Shown here: positions 28,359-38,162 of the stretch, in pieces
Layout: every line of letters starts with the position of its first letter
Position numbering within the stretch: position 1 is the stretch's first letter
From: Candidatus Hydrogenedentota bacterium
GTDB lineage: Bacteria; Hydrogenedentota; Hydrogenedentia; Hydrogenedentales; SLHB01
Assembly (NCBI GenBank): GCA_020849535.1
Contig: JADLGB010000032.1
Coordinates: forward strand, 64,613-128,612
DNA: 64,000 nucleotides
Direction of reading: 5' to 3'
The notes under the pieces: generated by a model
Database searches by the model: none
Told to the model about the DNA's origin: nothing
The model's input: the letters and a program-made list of their open reading frames with translations, nothing else
Translations under genes and position numbers: made by a program

Positions 28359-29615
28359 ATGAAAGTCAGATTCGTGTTACTCGTCGTAGCGTTTGCAGTC
28401 ATCGGCGTTTTCCCGGTTCCAGCGCAGACTCCTGCGGCCGCAGGGCTGGAACGCGTTGCGGGGCTGCTCGAGTCGGGCGCCGAATCGGTACGCATTGTGT
28501 GCTTTGGGGACAGCGTTACCGGTGTGTATTACCATACGGGCGGTAGGCGCGCCTACGCCGACATGCTGCAGATCGCACTTCAGCGGACGTATCCCAAGGC
28601 TTCAGTGACCGTGATCAACGCCGGTATCAGCGGAAACAACACCGCAAATGCGCTGGCCCGTATTGGGACGGACGTTCTGGCGCATCGGCCCCACCTGGTT
28701 ACGGTGATGTTTGGCCTGAACGACATGACGAATCTGACATTGGAGGAGTACTCGGCGAATCTGACGTCCATCATCACGCAATGCCGCGCCACCAGCGCGG
28801 AACTGCTGCTGTGTACTCCCAATGCTGTCGAGGAGACGGACAGACGACCTTCTTCCAAGCTGGAAACGTATGTGGCGGCGATGCGCCAGGTGGGCGCGGA
28901 CAACTCGGTGGCTGTCGTGGACTGTTACGCGGCATACCAGCAGGAACGGGCCGCCGATCCCCTCGCATTTGCACTGCTGATGAGCGACGAGATTCATCCC
29001 AATATGGACGGGCACAGGTTGTTCGCTAAGCTAATCGCAGAGCAGATCTCGGGCAAGCCCGTCAGCCTCGACGATGTTGGATTTCCCTTCCCTGCGATGC
29101 CGAAAACCTTGGCCTTACTGAAAGAGGGCAAACCGGTCCGCGTGCACGCGATGCCGCCCTACGACACGTTGATCGCGCCCGCGCTGCTGTCTGTCTTCCC
29201 CTCCGCGAATCTTGAAGTGACTGCGTGGCCGGTGGAGGGCCGCAGCGTTCCCCAACTCGAGGAAGATGCCAAGGCCGTGCGGAAAATGGGAGTCGACTTG
29301 GTCATTGTTGCGGTGTCGGCTGAAGCAAACGCGGAATCGCGGGAGAAATACCTACGCTCCTATTCCTGGGTGATGAACCACGCGCTGAGCTTCGCCTACC
29401 AGGAGTGGGATGTCATCGCGTTTCCGCCTTCTACTGCGAATCCCGCATTGGCCGGAGACGAGAAGGAGGCCCTCGCCCGGCAGCGCATTCGCGCGCAAGA
29501 CCTTGGCACGATTACGCGGGCAGATCGTGACGAAACGCCCGTCGCACAACTCCTCGAAACGTGGATCAAAGAGCAGTTCACCGAAAGCGGGACTGCCACA
29601 TCCGCGAAGGAGTGA
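28359..29615 (+). CDS. secreted SGNH/GDSL-family hydrolase with C-terminal extension
   Basis: Signal MKVRFVLLVVAFAVIGVFPVPAQ. Block I IVCFGDSVTG, block II NAGISGNNT, block III VMFGLNDM, block V DEIHPNMDGH. Confidence 0.8.
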   Translation: MKVRFVLLVVAFAVIGVFPVPAQTPAAAGLERVAGLLESGAESVRIVCFGDSVTGVYYHTGGRRAYADMLQIALQRTYPKASVTVINAGISGNNTANALARIGTDVLAHRPHLVTVMFGLNDMTNLTLEEYSANLTSIITQCRATSAELLLCTPNAVEETDRRPSSKLETYVAAMRQVGADNSVAVVDCYAAYQQERAADPLAFALLMSDEIHPNMDGHRLFAKLIAEQISGKPVSLDDVGFPFPAMPKTLALLKEGKPVRVHAMPPYDTLIAPALLSVFPSANLEVTAWPVEGRSVPQLEEDAKAVRKMGVDLVIVAVSAEANAESREKYLRSYSWVMNHALSFAYQEWDVIAFPPSTANPALAGDEKEALARQRIRAQDLGTITRADRDETPVAQLLETWIKEQFTESGTATSAKE

Positions 29616-29627
29616 CGGCACATCGGG

Positions 29628-30497
29628 CTAAGGCGTTGGCGATTCTTGCGCCAAGAGTTCCTTCAGCTTGGTCCACACGGCGAACGACTGCCCGAGATGT
29701 TCTCGCGGGTCACCCGGAATCAAATAGCACTGCAATCCAACCGGACCACGATAGCCCGCATCGCGAAACGCCTTGAGCACGCCATAGTAAGTGTCGATGT
29801 CCTCCTCCTCCAACGGTCCGATGTCATGCGGACCTTCATCGCCGTTGATCGACATCAGAAACATGCGTGGCGCGATCAATCGCACAGTATCCTCGAGCGG
29901 CAACTTGCGTTCCCCGAGTGCATTCCAGTGAAACAAATTGAACGAGGTGCCGAAATTCGGCCGATTGACATTGTCCGCGAGGCGGGCTGTGTCTTCGGGA
30001 GTCTCCACCCACATGCCGATGTGCGGGTATGGCGCAACCCGTACGCCATACGGCGCGGCGAGATCGGCGATGCGCTGAAAGATCGGCACCGCAAACTCGT
30101 CACCGGCAGGATCAGACGGTTTGAAGCGTTTGCTGTGCGTGTTGCACCACAGCACTGTCCCCCGGTTCTTGAGCAAGGGCAGCGCCGCTTCCAAGCCCGG
30201 GTTGAAAGGCTCCTCTTCCGGATCGATTCGCACGGTGAAGTAAATGCTGTACAGCTTCAGCCCCGCCCGGTCGAGCGCCGCGAGCGCCGCAGGAAGATCA
30301 TTCAAGTCGCGGTTATCAAAGCCATCAAAACCGATCTCTTTGAGAATCTTCACCTGCTCGTCAACAGAAGCGGGCCCTCCGCTTTCCATACTGTTCTTGA
30401 ACGCGAAGAGGGGATTACCCGTATCGTCCGCGGCATCCGCCGCGACACTGGCGATCAGGCCCACGAGCAAAATTCGTGTAGAGAGATTCCATTTCAT
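29628..30497 (-). CDS. secreted xylose-isomerase-like TIM-barrel protein (sugar phosphate isomerase/epimerase family)
   Basis: Signal MKWNLSTRILLVGLIASVAADA at the internal ATG 30497; the track start at 30683 overlaps the upstream gene. Typical family pattern: IGFDGFD..., NLFHW..., GYRGPVGLQCY. Confidence 0.75.
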   Translation of the reverse strand: MKWNLSTRILLVGLIASVAADAADDTGNPLFAFKNSMESGGPASVDEQVKILKEIGFDGFDNRDLNDLPAALAALDRAGLKLYSIYFTVRIDPEEEPFNPGLEAALPLLKNRGTVLWCNTHSKRFKPSDPAGDEFAVPIFQRIADLAAPYGVRVAPYPHIGMWVETPEDTARLADNVNRPNFGTSFNLFHWNALGERKLPLEDTVRLIAPRMFLMSINGDEGPHDIGPLEEEDIDTYYGVLKAFRDAGYRGPVGLQCYLIPGDPREHLGQSFAVWTKLKELLAQESPTP

Positions 30498-30516
30498 CTT
30501 CGTTGGCTCCTGAGTT

Positions 30517-31842
30517 TCAGGCTTGCATCCAATCGCCGCGTACCGATCGCGTGAGCAGGGCGTTGGCGGCTTCATCATCGGGGAAACGCTCCGCCACGGG
30601 GTCCCAGGTGAGCTTGCGCCCAACTTGGATGGCGATATGCGCGATCTGCCCCATCGAACACGTGCGGTGGCCAATCTCCGCATCGGACATTACCGGCTCG
30701 CCCGTCTTGATGCCGTAAATGAAGTCGTCCTTGTCCATGCGGTCCGGCACGCGGACATCGCTGTCCTTCAATTCGACTTTCAGCAACGAATCCGAACTCG
30801 CCGTGACGCCTGCTTTGAGCCCGCCGCCATCAAACCACGTGCTCTGCACCCAGCCTTCGTCCCCCTCGAAGCGAACGTAGGGCGCCTCGCTCGTGCGGTA
30901 ATCGATCTCGACACCATCGGCATAGCGGAAGCGCGCGCGAAAATTCAGCAGCACATTCCACAACCCCGACCCTTCAGCGGGGTATTCGCCGGTTCCTTCC
31001 ACTTCGACCGGCCCGGTTCGCTCGCTGTTGTGGGCAAGTTGCGCGATGTCGAGCAGATGCGTGCCCCAATTCGTGATCATCCCTTCGCAGGTATCGCGGC
31101 ATCGCATCCATCCGGGCCGGCCGTAGCCTTCACGCGGATGGACCCGGTCGACGCAGTACGGCTTCAGCGGAGCAGGGCCCACCCACATTTCATAATCCAA
31201 CTCCGGAGGTACCGGAGCGGGTTCCGCGCTGCCCCCGGCGGCGTCGCCGGTAGGCACCGTAACTTCTATTCGCTTCAGCGCGCCGATGTAACCGTTCAGG
31301 ACCAACTGCGCAGCGGTCCGCATGTACTCGTTGGAGCGACATTCGCTATCTGTTCGGAAGACGACGCCCTTCTCGCGGGCCGTATCGGCGAGCAGCCGCC
31401 CCTCGGCCACGGAAAGTGTCAGCGGCTTTTCGCAGGAGACGTGCTTGCCCGCGCGAATGGCCGCGAGCGTCATCGGCACGTGCCAATGATCCGGCGTGCT
31501 GATCATCACCGCGTCCACATCGTCCCGCGCGATGATCTCGCGCCAGTCACGGTAGGCCTTGCAGTCCGTGTTTCCGTACCGCGCATCCACATCCTGCTTG
31601 GCATTTTTCATGCGCCATGCATCCACATCGCACACGGCGAGCACGACGGTGTCTTTGCATTGCAGAAAGGGAGGCAGATTCGCATGCCGCGCCTGCCGGC
31701 CCATACCGATCATGCCGATAGTAATGCGCTTCGACGGCGCCGCCGCGCCAAAGACCCTGGAAGGAAGGATGACAGGGACGGAAGCCGCGGCCATGACTTT
31801 CATCGCGTTGCGGCGTGTGATGTCTTGCAAGGATCTGCTCAT
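30517..31842 (-). CDS. Tat-exported Gfo/Idh/MocA family oxidoreductase
   Basis: Leader MSRSLQDITRRNAMKVMAAASVPVILPSRVFGAAAP. Rossmann ITIGMIGMGRQARH. SCEKPL motif. Sits 19 nt upstream of the TIM-barrel gene. Confidence 0.85.
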   Translation of the reverse strand: MSRSLQDITRRNAMKVMAAASVPVILPSRVFGAAAPSKRITIGMIGMGRQARHANLPPFLQCKDTVVLAVCDVDAWRMKNAKQDVDARYGNTDCKAYRDWREIIARDDVDAVMISTPDHWHVPMTLAAIRAGKHVSCEKPLTLSVAEGRLLADTAREKGVVFRTDSECRSNEYMRTAAQLVLNGYIGALKRIEVTVPTGDAAGGSAEPAPVPPELDYEMWVGPAPLKPYCVDRVHPREGYGRPGWMRCRDTCEGMITNWGTHLLDIAQLAHNSERTGPVEVEGTGEYPAEGSGLWNVLLNFRARFRYADGVEIDYRTSEAPYVRFEGDEGWVQSTWFDGGGLKAGVTASSDSLLKVELKDSDVRVPDRMDKDDFIYGIKTGEPVMSDAEIGHRTCSMGQIAHIAIQVGRKLTWDPVAERFPDDEAANALLTRSVRGDWMQA

Positions 31843-32060
31843 GAATACGCCCTTTCAATCAGCGAGAAACCGGTTACGCTGCAAGTTGGCTTCTTAGTAC
31901 TGCCGCGCTCGTCACGCCTGAGGCGTGACATCCAAGCGCCACCATTCACATGTTGCCGATGGCTTGGCAAGGTCACCGTGCCGACGTTCTTTGCATACCG
32001 CAGGCAAGCCTGCTTCATCAAAGCAGCGGCAAGCCGCCGCACTCCAAAGCCCGCCGCATG

Positions 32061-32840
32061 CTACTTCTTGATCGCATCTGCAAGGGGCAGGCTCATCTCC
32101 TTGATCGTATCGACCACCAGTTTGCTGACCGCGCGGGCCCCTTCCTCGCACAGGTGGGTGCCGTCCTCCTTGCCATCGGGATAGTTGGGCGACTCGCCTT
32201 TCGCAAGATACAGAAACAGGCCTCTTGTCGCGTCCGGGCCGAGCGACTGAAACAAGTCGTGGGTCCGCTGGTGCAGGTCGATCAAGGGGACGTCCAGATC
32301 CTTCGCCAGCGCGCGCACGGCGTCCGGGTACGCTCCCATCGTGTCCACGAGCGCCTTATTCTCGTCCCAATGATTGCGATTGATGGACGTCAGCAGAACC
32401 GGGATCGCCCCCTTCGCGCGTGCGTCATTGACGTACGTCGTCAAGAACTGCCTATATGTCGAGTCCGGCTCGGTGTACCGTTTGGGATCTTCCTTTTTCG
32501 AGTCATTGTGCCCAAACTGGATGAAGACATAGTCCCCCGGCTTCAATGCGTCGCGGATGGGCGCCCAGGCGCCCTCCTCCAGGAAGCTCTTGGAACTTCT
32601 TCCACTGCGCGCCTTGTCCTCGATCACCACGCGGGCAGGATCAAAGTGCTCCTGCAAAGCCTCCGCCCACCCCGCCAGCGGCCGCCGATCCTCCGGATAC
32701 GCCGCCGCCGTCGAGTCCCCGATGACATATAGTCTGCACGGTGCGTCAGCTATACCCGCAAAGGACGCAAACGACAGGCTTGCAGTTACAACCAGGACAA
32801 GACGGTTCAGGCTCAATTGAGGCACGTCGTAGATCGCCAT
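32061..32840 (-). CDS. SGNH hydrolase, rhamnogalacturonan acetylesterase-like (CE12-type)
   Basis: LYVIGDSTAAAY...GWAEAL...DKARSGRSSKSF...IQFGHNDS...DGTHLCEEGA, which follows the CE12 block pattern. Signal-like N-terminus from ATG 32840. Confidence 0.75.
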   Translation of the reverse strand: MAIYDVPQLSLNRLVLVVTASLSFASFAGIADAPCRLYVIGDSTAAAYPEDRRPLAGWAEALQEHFDPARVVIEDKARSGRSSKSFLEEGAWAPIRDALKPGDYVFIQFGHNDSKKEDPKRYTEPDSTYRQFLTTYVNDARAKGAIPVLLTSINRNHWDENKALVDTMGAYPDAVRALAKDLDVPLIDLHQRTHDLFQSLGPDATRGLFLYLAKGESPNYPDGKEDGTHLCEEGARAVSKLVVDTIKEMSLPLADAIKK

Positions 32841-32961
32841 TCTGTATACTCCTTGCCAGAACATGCTTTAGCCTACTCGCGCCCTAACTTGTCTGCAACT
32901 GCGCATTGGTCCCAGCGTTCCGACTTGAGTATCATGTGCTGCATCGAACGAGGTGAATTCC

Positions 32962-34353
32962 ATGAGCACAATCTCGCGTCGCAGTTTCCTGGGGAGCAGT
33001 TCGCTCGCGTTGGGCGGGGCGCTGCTTGGCGCGCGGAGTCATGGCGCCGCACCACGTCCGCCGAATGTCGTGTTCTTGCTGGGGGACGACCTGCGCCCGG
33101 ATGGACTGGCCTCGCTGGGCAATCCGGTGGTCACGAGTCCGAACATCGATTCCGTGGTGGAGCGTGGCTATTGTTTTCGGCGTGCCTATACCATGGGATC
33201 CATGGTGGGAGCCGTGTGTCTGCCGAGCCGCACGATGCTGCTGACGGGCCGTTCGCTCTTTCATGCCGAGAACGAGGCCAGTGGCGTCGACCCCGCATCC
33301 TATACCTTCCCCAAGGTGATGAAGGATGCTGGATACGCGACCTTGCACGCGGGGAAATTCGGCAACTCTCCCAAGAACATCACCACCGAATTCGACGAGA
33401 CCGTTGACCCCGGTCAGGCGGCAGACGTGGCCGGGCACGTCGTGGATTTCATCCGCCGCCGCGCGTCAGAGGCGCCATTGTTCATCTACATGGCGGGACG
33501 CGAGCCGCACGATCCCCAATATGCGCCCGATACCTTCTACGCGCAGTATAACCCGGCGGAGATTCCGTTGCCCGCATCCTTCGCCCCGTTCCATTCGTTC
33601 GACAACGGCGAGATGACCGTACGCGATGAGATGACCTTGCCGTTTCCACGCACACCCGAGGCGCTGCGCGCGAAGCTCGCCCGGTATTACGCGTCGATTA
33701 CCTATTGGGACTCCGAGTTCGGGCGCGTGCTGCAGGCCCTCAGAGATGCGGGCCAATACGAGAACACGGTGTTCATCATCGCGGGGGACAACGGCCTGTC
33801 GCTCGGCGAACACGGCTTGCTTGGCAAGCAGAATCTCTACGAGTTCGGCGGCATGCACGTCCCGCTGGTCTTCGCCGGCCCCAGCATCCCCCGCGGCGAG
33901 ACCAACGCGTTGGTTTATTTAATGGACGTCTTCCCCACGGTCTGCGACCTCGCCGATGTGTCCAATCCGTCCCAAGTCGACGGCTCCAGTCTTGCTTCCG
34001 TGCTTCGCGGACGCTCGCGTGGCGTGCGCGAGTGGCTCTACACCGCCTACGGCGAAGTGCAACGCGCCGTGACCGATGGCCGCTGGAAGCTCATCCGCTA
34101 CCCCCTCATCGACAAGACGCAACTCTTTGACCTGCGCCATGACCCCCACGAAGCTACCGACCTCGCCGCCCTTCCCAAACACGTCAAGCGGGTGCGTTCG
34201 ATGCTGGAGAAGCTCGGCGAACTGCAGCGTCAGAACGACGACCCGGTGCCTCTCAGCGTCGCGTCACCCCGCCCAGCGGACTGGTCCCCCGAATTGCTGA
34301 CGCCGGAGCAGCTCCAATACCAGGTGGAGGAGACCAAACGCAGCGGAGGGTAG
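32962..34353 (+). CDS. Tat-signal sulfatase (formylglycine-dependent, arylsulfatase A family)
   Basis: MSTISRRSFLGSSSLALGGALLGA leader. FLLGDDLRPD. Sulfatase signature C-L-P-S-R-TMLLTGR. Confidence 0.9.
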   Translation: MSTISRRSFLGSSSLALGGALLGARSHGAAPRPPNVVFLLGDDLRPDGLASLGNPVVTSPNIDSVVERGYCFRRAYTMGSMVGAVCLPSRTMLLTGRSLFHAENEASGVDPASYTFPKVMKDAGYATLHAGKFGNSPKNITTEFDETVDPGQAADVAGHVVDFIRRRASEAPLFIYMAGREPHDPQYAPDTFYAQYNPAEIPLPASFAPFHSFDNGEMTVRDEMTLPFPRTPEALRAKLARYYASITYWDSEFGRVLQALRDAGQYENTVFIIAGDNGLSLGEHGLLGKQNLYEFGGMHVPLVFAGPSIPRGETNALVYLMDVFPTVCDLADVSNPSQVDGSSLASVLRGRSRGVREWLYTAYGEVQRAVTDGRWKLIRYPLIDKTQLFDLRHDPHEATDLAALPKHVKRVRSMLEKLGELQRQNDDPVPLSVASPRPADWSPELLTPEQLQYQVEETKRSGG

Positions 34354-34539
34354 GGAGATTCAGATCGTTGGCGCCTTGGCACTTGCGGATCCTCCCGATG
34401 TTTAACGAAGGGCACGTGAATCGCCCATGCTAATATGATTCAGGTAGTCCGGGTTGGCACCTTCTAATATTCAGTTGCCCGATTTCCACACGCAGTTCGT
34501 GTGACAGGTCTTTTTGATCTTACACAGGGAGGATGACAG

Positions 34540-35952
34540 ATGACTCGACATGGCGGAGCCCAGACCATAACGGAAAGTCTAGCACCCCTGAGGCGCCGTG
34601 ATTTCCTGGGATTGGCGGCAGCCGGTGGAATCGGATTGTTGGGTGCCGGCCGTGCCCGCGCGGTCGAATCGGGCGTGCAGCCCGCCGATGACGCCGCCGC
34701 ACCAGGCCGCAGACCGAACATTATCATCATCGTTGCGGACGATCTGGGTTACGGCGATCTGAGCGTGCATGGAAGCACCGAAATTGCGACGCCGAACATC
34801 GATTCCATCGCGCAAGGAGGGGTCCGCTTCACCCAGGGGTATGTCTCCTGCCCTGTGTGCAGTCCGACGCGCGCGGGACTGATCACGGGCCGGTACCAGC
34901 AGCGCTTCGGTCACGAGTTCAATCCTGGACAGGATGCCGATCACAGCACATTCGGTCTTCCTCTCTCCGAGATCACGGCCGCCAACATCTTGAAGTCCGC
35001 AGGTTACGCCACCGGCATGGTGGGCAAATGGCACTTGGGCTTCTCACCGGACCGCGTGCCGACGGCGCGTGGTTTCGACGAGTTCTTCGGCTTTCTAGGA
35101 GGTTCCCACTCGTACGTGAAGCTGGAACCAGACGGCGAGAACTCCATCTTTCGAGGTACCGAGCCTGTGGCGGAAAAGGAACATCTCACCGACGCCTTCG
35201 CGCGCGAGGCCGTTGCCTATGTTGATCGGCACAAGGATCACCCCTTCTTCCTGTATCTCACCTTTAACGCGGTCCACAACCCTCTTGAGCCGCAGCCCCG
35301 TTACCTCGATCGCTTTTCTGGAATCGCCGATGAGAAACGCCGCAAATATGCCGCGTTGCTGACCGGATTGGACGATGCGGTCGGCCAGGTCTTGGGTAAG
35401 GTCAGAGAGGCAGGCCTGGAGAGCGACACGCTTATCTTCTTCATCAGTGACAATGGCGGTCCCACCGCAAATGGATCGAGCAACGCCGACCTCCGCGCGA
35501 TCAAGGGAACCGTATACGAAGGCGGCGTGCGTGTCCCTTATTTCGTTCAATGGAAGGGTCACCTCCCTGAAGGAATCACCTACGATAAGCCGGTCATCTC
35601 CCTGGACATTTTGCCGACGGCCGCAGCCGCTGGAGCCGCCGCACTACCAGGGGATCGCGAAATCGACGGGGTGAACCTGTTGCCATACATCACAGGCCGA
35701 AACGCCGCACACCCTCATGAATACCTTTACTGGCGCTTTGGCGAACAAGCGGCCATTCGCAATAAGGAATGGAAACTCGTGCGCAACCAAGGGGCGGAAG
35801 AGCTGTTTCACATTGCCCTCGATCGCACCGAAAAGCAGGAGTTGCTCGCGGAACAACCACAGATTGTAGAAGAACTCGGGGCTGCTTACGCACAGTGGGA
35901 GACGAATCTCGTCGCGCCTCTGTGGGCCCGGAAAGTCAGAACCCAAGCCTGA
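34540..35952 (+). CDS. Tat-signal sulfatase (arylsulfatase A family)
   Basis: AGGGAGG 7 nt upstream. RRRDFLGLAAAGGIGLLGAG leader. IIIVADDLGYGDL. Signature C-S-P-T-R-AGLITGR. GKWHLG. Confidence 0.9.
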   Translation: MTRHGGAQTITESLAPLRRRDFLGLAAAGGIGLLGAGRARAVESGVQPADDAAAPGRRPNIIIIVADDLGYGDLSVHGSTEIATPNIDSIAQGGVRFTQGYVSCPVCSPTRAGLITGRYQQRFGHEFNPGQDADHSTFGLPLSEITAANILKSAGYATGMVGKWHLGFSPDRVPTARGFDEFFGFLGGSHSYVKLEPDGENSIFRGTEPVAEKEHLTDAFAREAVAYVDRHKDHPFFLYLTFNAVHNPLEPQPRYLDRFSGIADEKRRKYAALLTGLDDAVGQVLGKVREAGLESDTLIFFISDNGGPTANGSSNADLRAIKGTVYEGGVRVPYFVQWKGHLPEGITYDKPVISLDILPTAAAAGAAALPGDREIDGVNLLPYITGRNAAHPHEYLYWRFGEQAAIRNKEWKLVRNQGAEELFHIALDRTEKQELLAEQPQIVEELGAAYAQWETNLVAPLWARKVRTQA

Positions 35953-35981
35953 GAAAACACCCGGCATTCTGGAGAGTGAAC

Positions 35982-36470
35982 ATGACTACGGAGTCTTCGC
36001 GACGGACCGTGAGCAGAAGAGACTACCTGAAGACCACCGCCGGTGCGCTCGCCGCCGCCGGACTCGGCAGTCGCGTGGCGTCAGGACAAGGTGCGGCGCG
36101 CTCGCCCAACATCCTGGTCATCATGTCCGATGAGCACAACGCGAACGTTCTCGGGTGCTATGGCAACTCGCTGGCCCGCACCCCAAATGTGGACGCGCTC
36201 GCGGCACGGGGTGTCCTCTTTGAGAGCGCCTACACCAATTCGCCACTCTGCGTGCCGTCGCGGCTCTCATTCACCTCGGGAAAGTACTGCTCGCGCGTAA
36301 GCGCGTGGAGCAACGCGTGCTCGCTGCCATCGCCCGCATGCATGCCGCGCTTAGCAAGGAGATCGGCGAAGATCCTGACAAAACCGAACAGCGAAGCCGC
36401 TCCGAATTGGCCAAGGGTTATGGAGCCAAACCGGAAACCGGCGAAGCCAAGGGCGCAGCCTGATCGATAG
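35982..36470 (+). pseudogene. sulfatase remnant: N-terminal ~110 aa fused to a short out-of-frame tail after an internal deletion
   Basis: Intact start (GGAGAG then ATG), Tat leader SRRDYLKTTAGALAAAGLG, ILVIMSDEHN and signature C-V-P-S-R-LSFTSGKY. After ...SAWSNACSLPS the frame turns into P/R/K-rich nonsense and stops at 163 aa, against 463-500 aa in its neighbours. An alternative frame (36299..36463) reads KRVEQRVLAAIARMHAALSKEIGEDPDKTEQ..., which looks like a native C-terminal helix. Confidence 0.6.
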
Positions 36471-36482
36471 GAGCCACGCGCA

Positions 36483-37985
36483 ATGAAAGCAACATGCACG
36501 CGCCGCCAGTTCTTGGAACGGACAGGAGCCGCAGGGCTGTCCGTGACGGCCCTGAACATATTGACTCGCAGAGCCACCGCTCAAGCGAGCAAGCCGCCGA
36601 ACATCCTGTTCTTCTTTCCGGACCAGCACCGGCCAGATTGGACCAGCATCCACGGCGGCATCGCGGTGAGGACGCCCAATCTGGAACGAATCGCGCGCAA
36701 TGGCGCGCGTTTCACGCAGGCCGTGTGCCCGGCGCCGCTATGCGCGCCATCGCGTGCGTGCCTGGCGCTTGGACGCGAATACGATCGCACGGGCGTGCCT
36801 TCAAACAAGGTAGACCTCCCCGACGGCTCCATCACGTTCTACAAGCTGCTGCGCGACGCTGGATACCGCGTGGGCGGTGTCGGCAAATTCGATCTGCGCA
36901 AGGCCGCCAGCGACTGGGGCACCGACGGCCGGCACCGCGTCAACGGCCGTGTCTACTTCGATGAATGGGGTTTCACGGACGGCATCGACAGCGAAGGCAA
37001 AGGGGGAAGCCTCATTCGTATCGTGAACCGCGACACACCTGAACTCGCCCGCGGCGAATCGCCTTATTCCAAGTTCCTTACCGACCGCGACGACGGCACC
37101 TTGCAGCGTTACCTGGCCTGGAACAAAGAGCACCGGAAGGCCGAGCACAACTACGCCTTCACGAAACCCATGGAAATTGCGGACGACGCATACAACGACA
37201 ATTGGGTGGGGCAAAACGGTTTGAACCTGGTTCAAAGCTTTCCGGCCGATCAGCCGTGGTTCCTCCAAGTCAATTTCCCCGGCCCGCATCCTCCCATGGA
37301 TATCACCCCAGGCATGGCCGAATGGTATCGCAATGCGGCCTTTCCGGGTCCGCACAAGAACGACGAGTTGCCACCTGACGTGCACACGGCGATCCGGCGC
37401 AATTACTCCGCCATGGTCGAGAACATCGATCGCTGGCTGGGCCGCTATTTCGAGGCCATCGAGCGGCGGGGCGAATTGGACAACACCATCGTCGTGTGGA
37501 GCAGCGATCACGGCGAAATGCTTGGCGATCACAACCTCTGGGGCAAGCAGTATCCGCTCCAGCCTTCGGTGGGCGTGCCCCTATTGGTGTCAGGGCCGGG
37601 AGTGCGAAGAGGCCATGTGCACGGCGGTCCCGCGACTATCCTGGACCTTACCGCGACGTTCCTCGACTACGCGGGCGTTTCGCGACCGGAGGACATGGAC
37701 AGCACAACGATGCGGCCGCTCCTCGAAGGCCAGACAAATGAAGGTCGGCCTCATGTGCTTTCCGGTCTCAACACGTGGCGGATGGTGTTTGACGGACGTT
37801 ACAAGCTGATCCGGGGTTACGACCCGACGAACCCGAAGAACCAGGCATACGACAGCGCTGGAGGTTCAGCCGATGCGCCACCACTGCTGTTCGACCTGAA
37901 GTCCGACCCGTTGGAGGACACGAATATCGCGGCGGCGAACCCGGACGTGGTAACGCGGCTGTCTGCGTTCCTGCAACCCGCGTGA
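36483..37985 (+). CDS. Tat-signal sulfatase
   Basis: TRRQFLERTGAAGLSVTAL leader. ILFFFPDQHRPD. Signature C-A-P-S-R-ACLALGR. Confidence 0.9.
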   Translation: MKATCTRRQFLERTGAAGLSVTALNILTRRATAQASKPPNILFFFPDQHRPDWTSIHGGIAVRTPNLERIARNGARFTQAVCPAPLCAPSRACLALGREYDRTGVPSNKVDLPDGSITFYKLLRDAGYRVGGVGKFDLRKAASDWGTDGRHRVNGRVYFDEWGFTDGIDSEGKGGSLIRIVNRDTPELARGESPYSKFLTDRDDGTLQRYLAWNKEHRKAEHNYAFTKPMEIADDAYNDNWVGQNGLNLVQSFPADQPWFLQVNFPGPHPPMDITPGMAEWYRNAAFPGPHKNDELPPDVHTAIRRNYSAMVENIDRWLGRYFEAIERRGELDNTIVVWSSDHGEMLGDHNLWGKQYPLQPSVGVPLLVSGPGVRRGHVHGGPATILDLTATFLDYAGVSRPEDMDSTTMRPLLEGQTNEGRPHVLSGLNTWRMVFDGRYKLIRGYDPTNPKNQAYDSAGGSADAPPLLFDLKSDPLEDTNIAAANPDVVTRLSAFLQPA

Positions 37986-38162
37986 CACCCGCCTTCGTAT
38001 CTGTCACGACGTACTTTCGGCCATCGCTTCGTGGAGACTCGTCACCGCAAGCAGGTAGAAGACGTTATGAACCAGCCATGGCTCACTTGTCCGGTATGAA
38101 GGATAGGCGCGTCCCCTGCCCAATGCTGCGGCGTAACACTACTCCCCGAACGAGTGCGTATC

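Noticed and set aside
31911-31929. Perfect 8-bp hairpin GTCACGCC-TGA-GGCGTGAC, considered as a terminator downstream of the CE12-like gene
   Set aside because: No U-tract follows on the relevant (minus) strand, and it lies ~130 nt from the stop. That is insufficient for an intrinsic terminator call.
30523-32184. 553-aa + strand ORF
   Set aside because: It is antisense to the Tat-Gfo/Idh/MocA gene, whose Rossmann and signal motifs are clear. Its composition is typical of a shadow frame.
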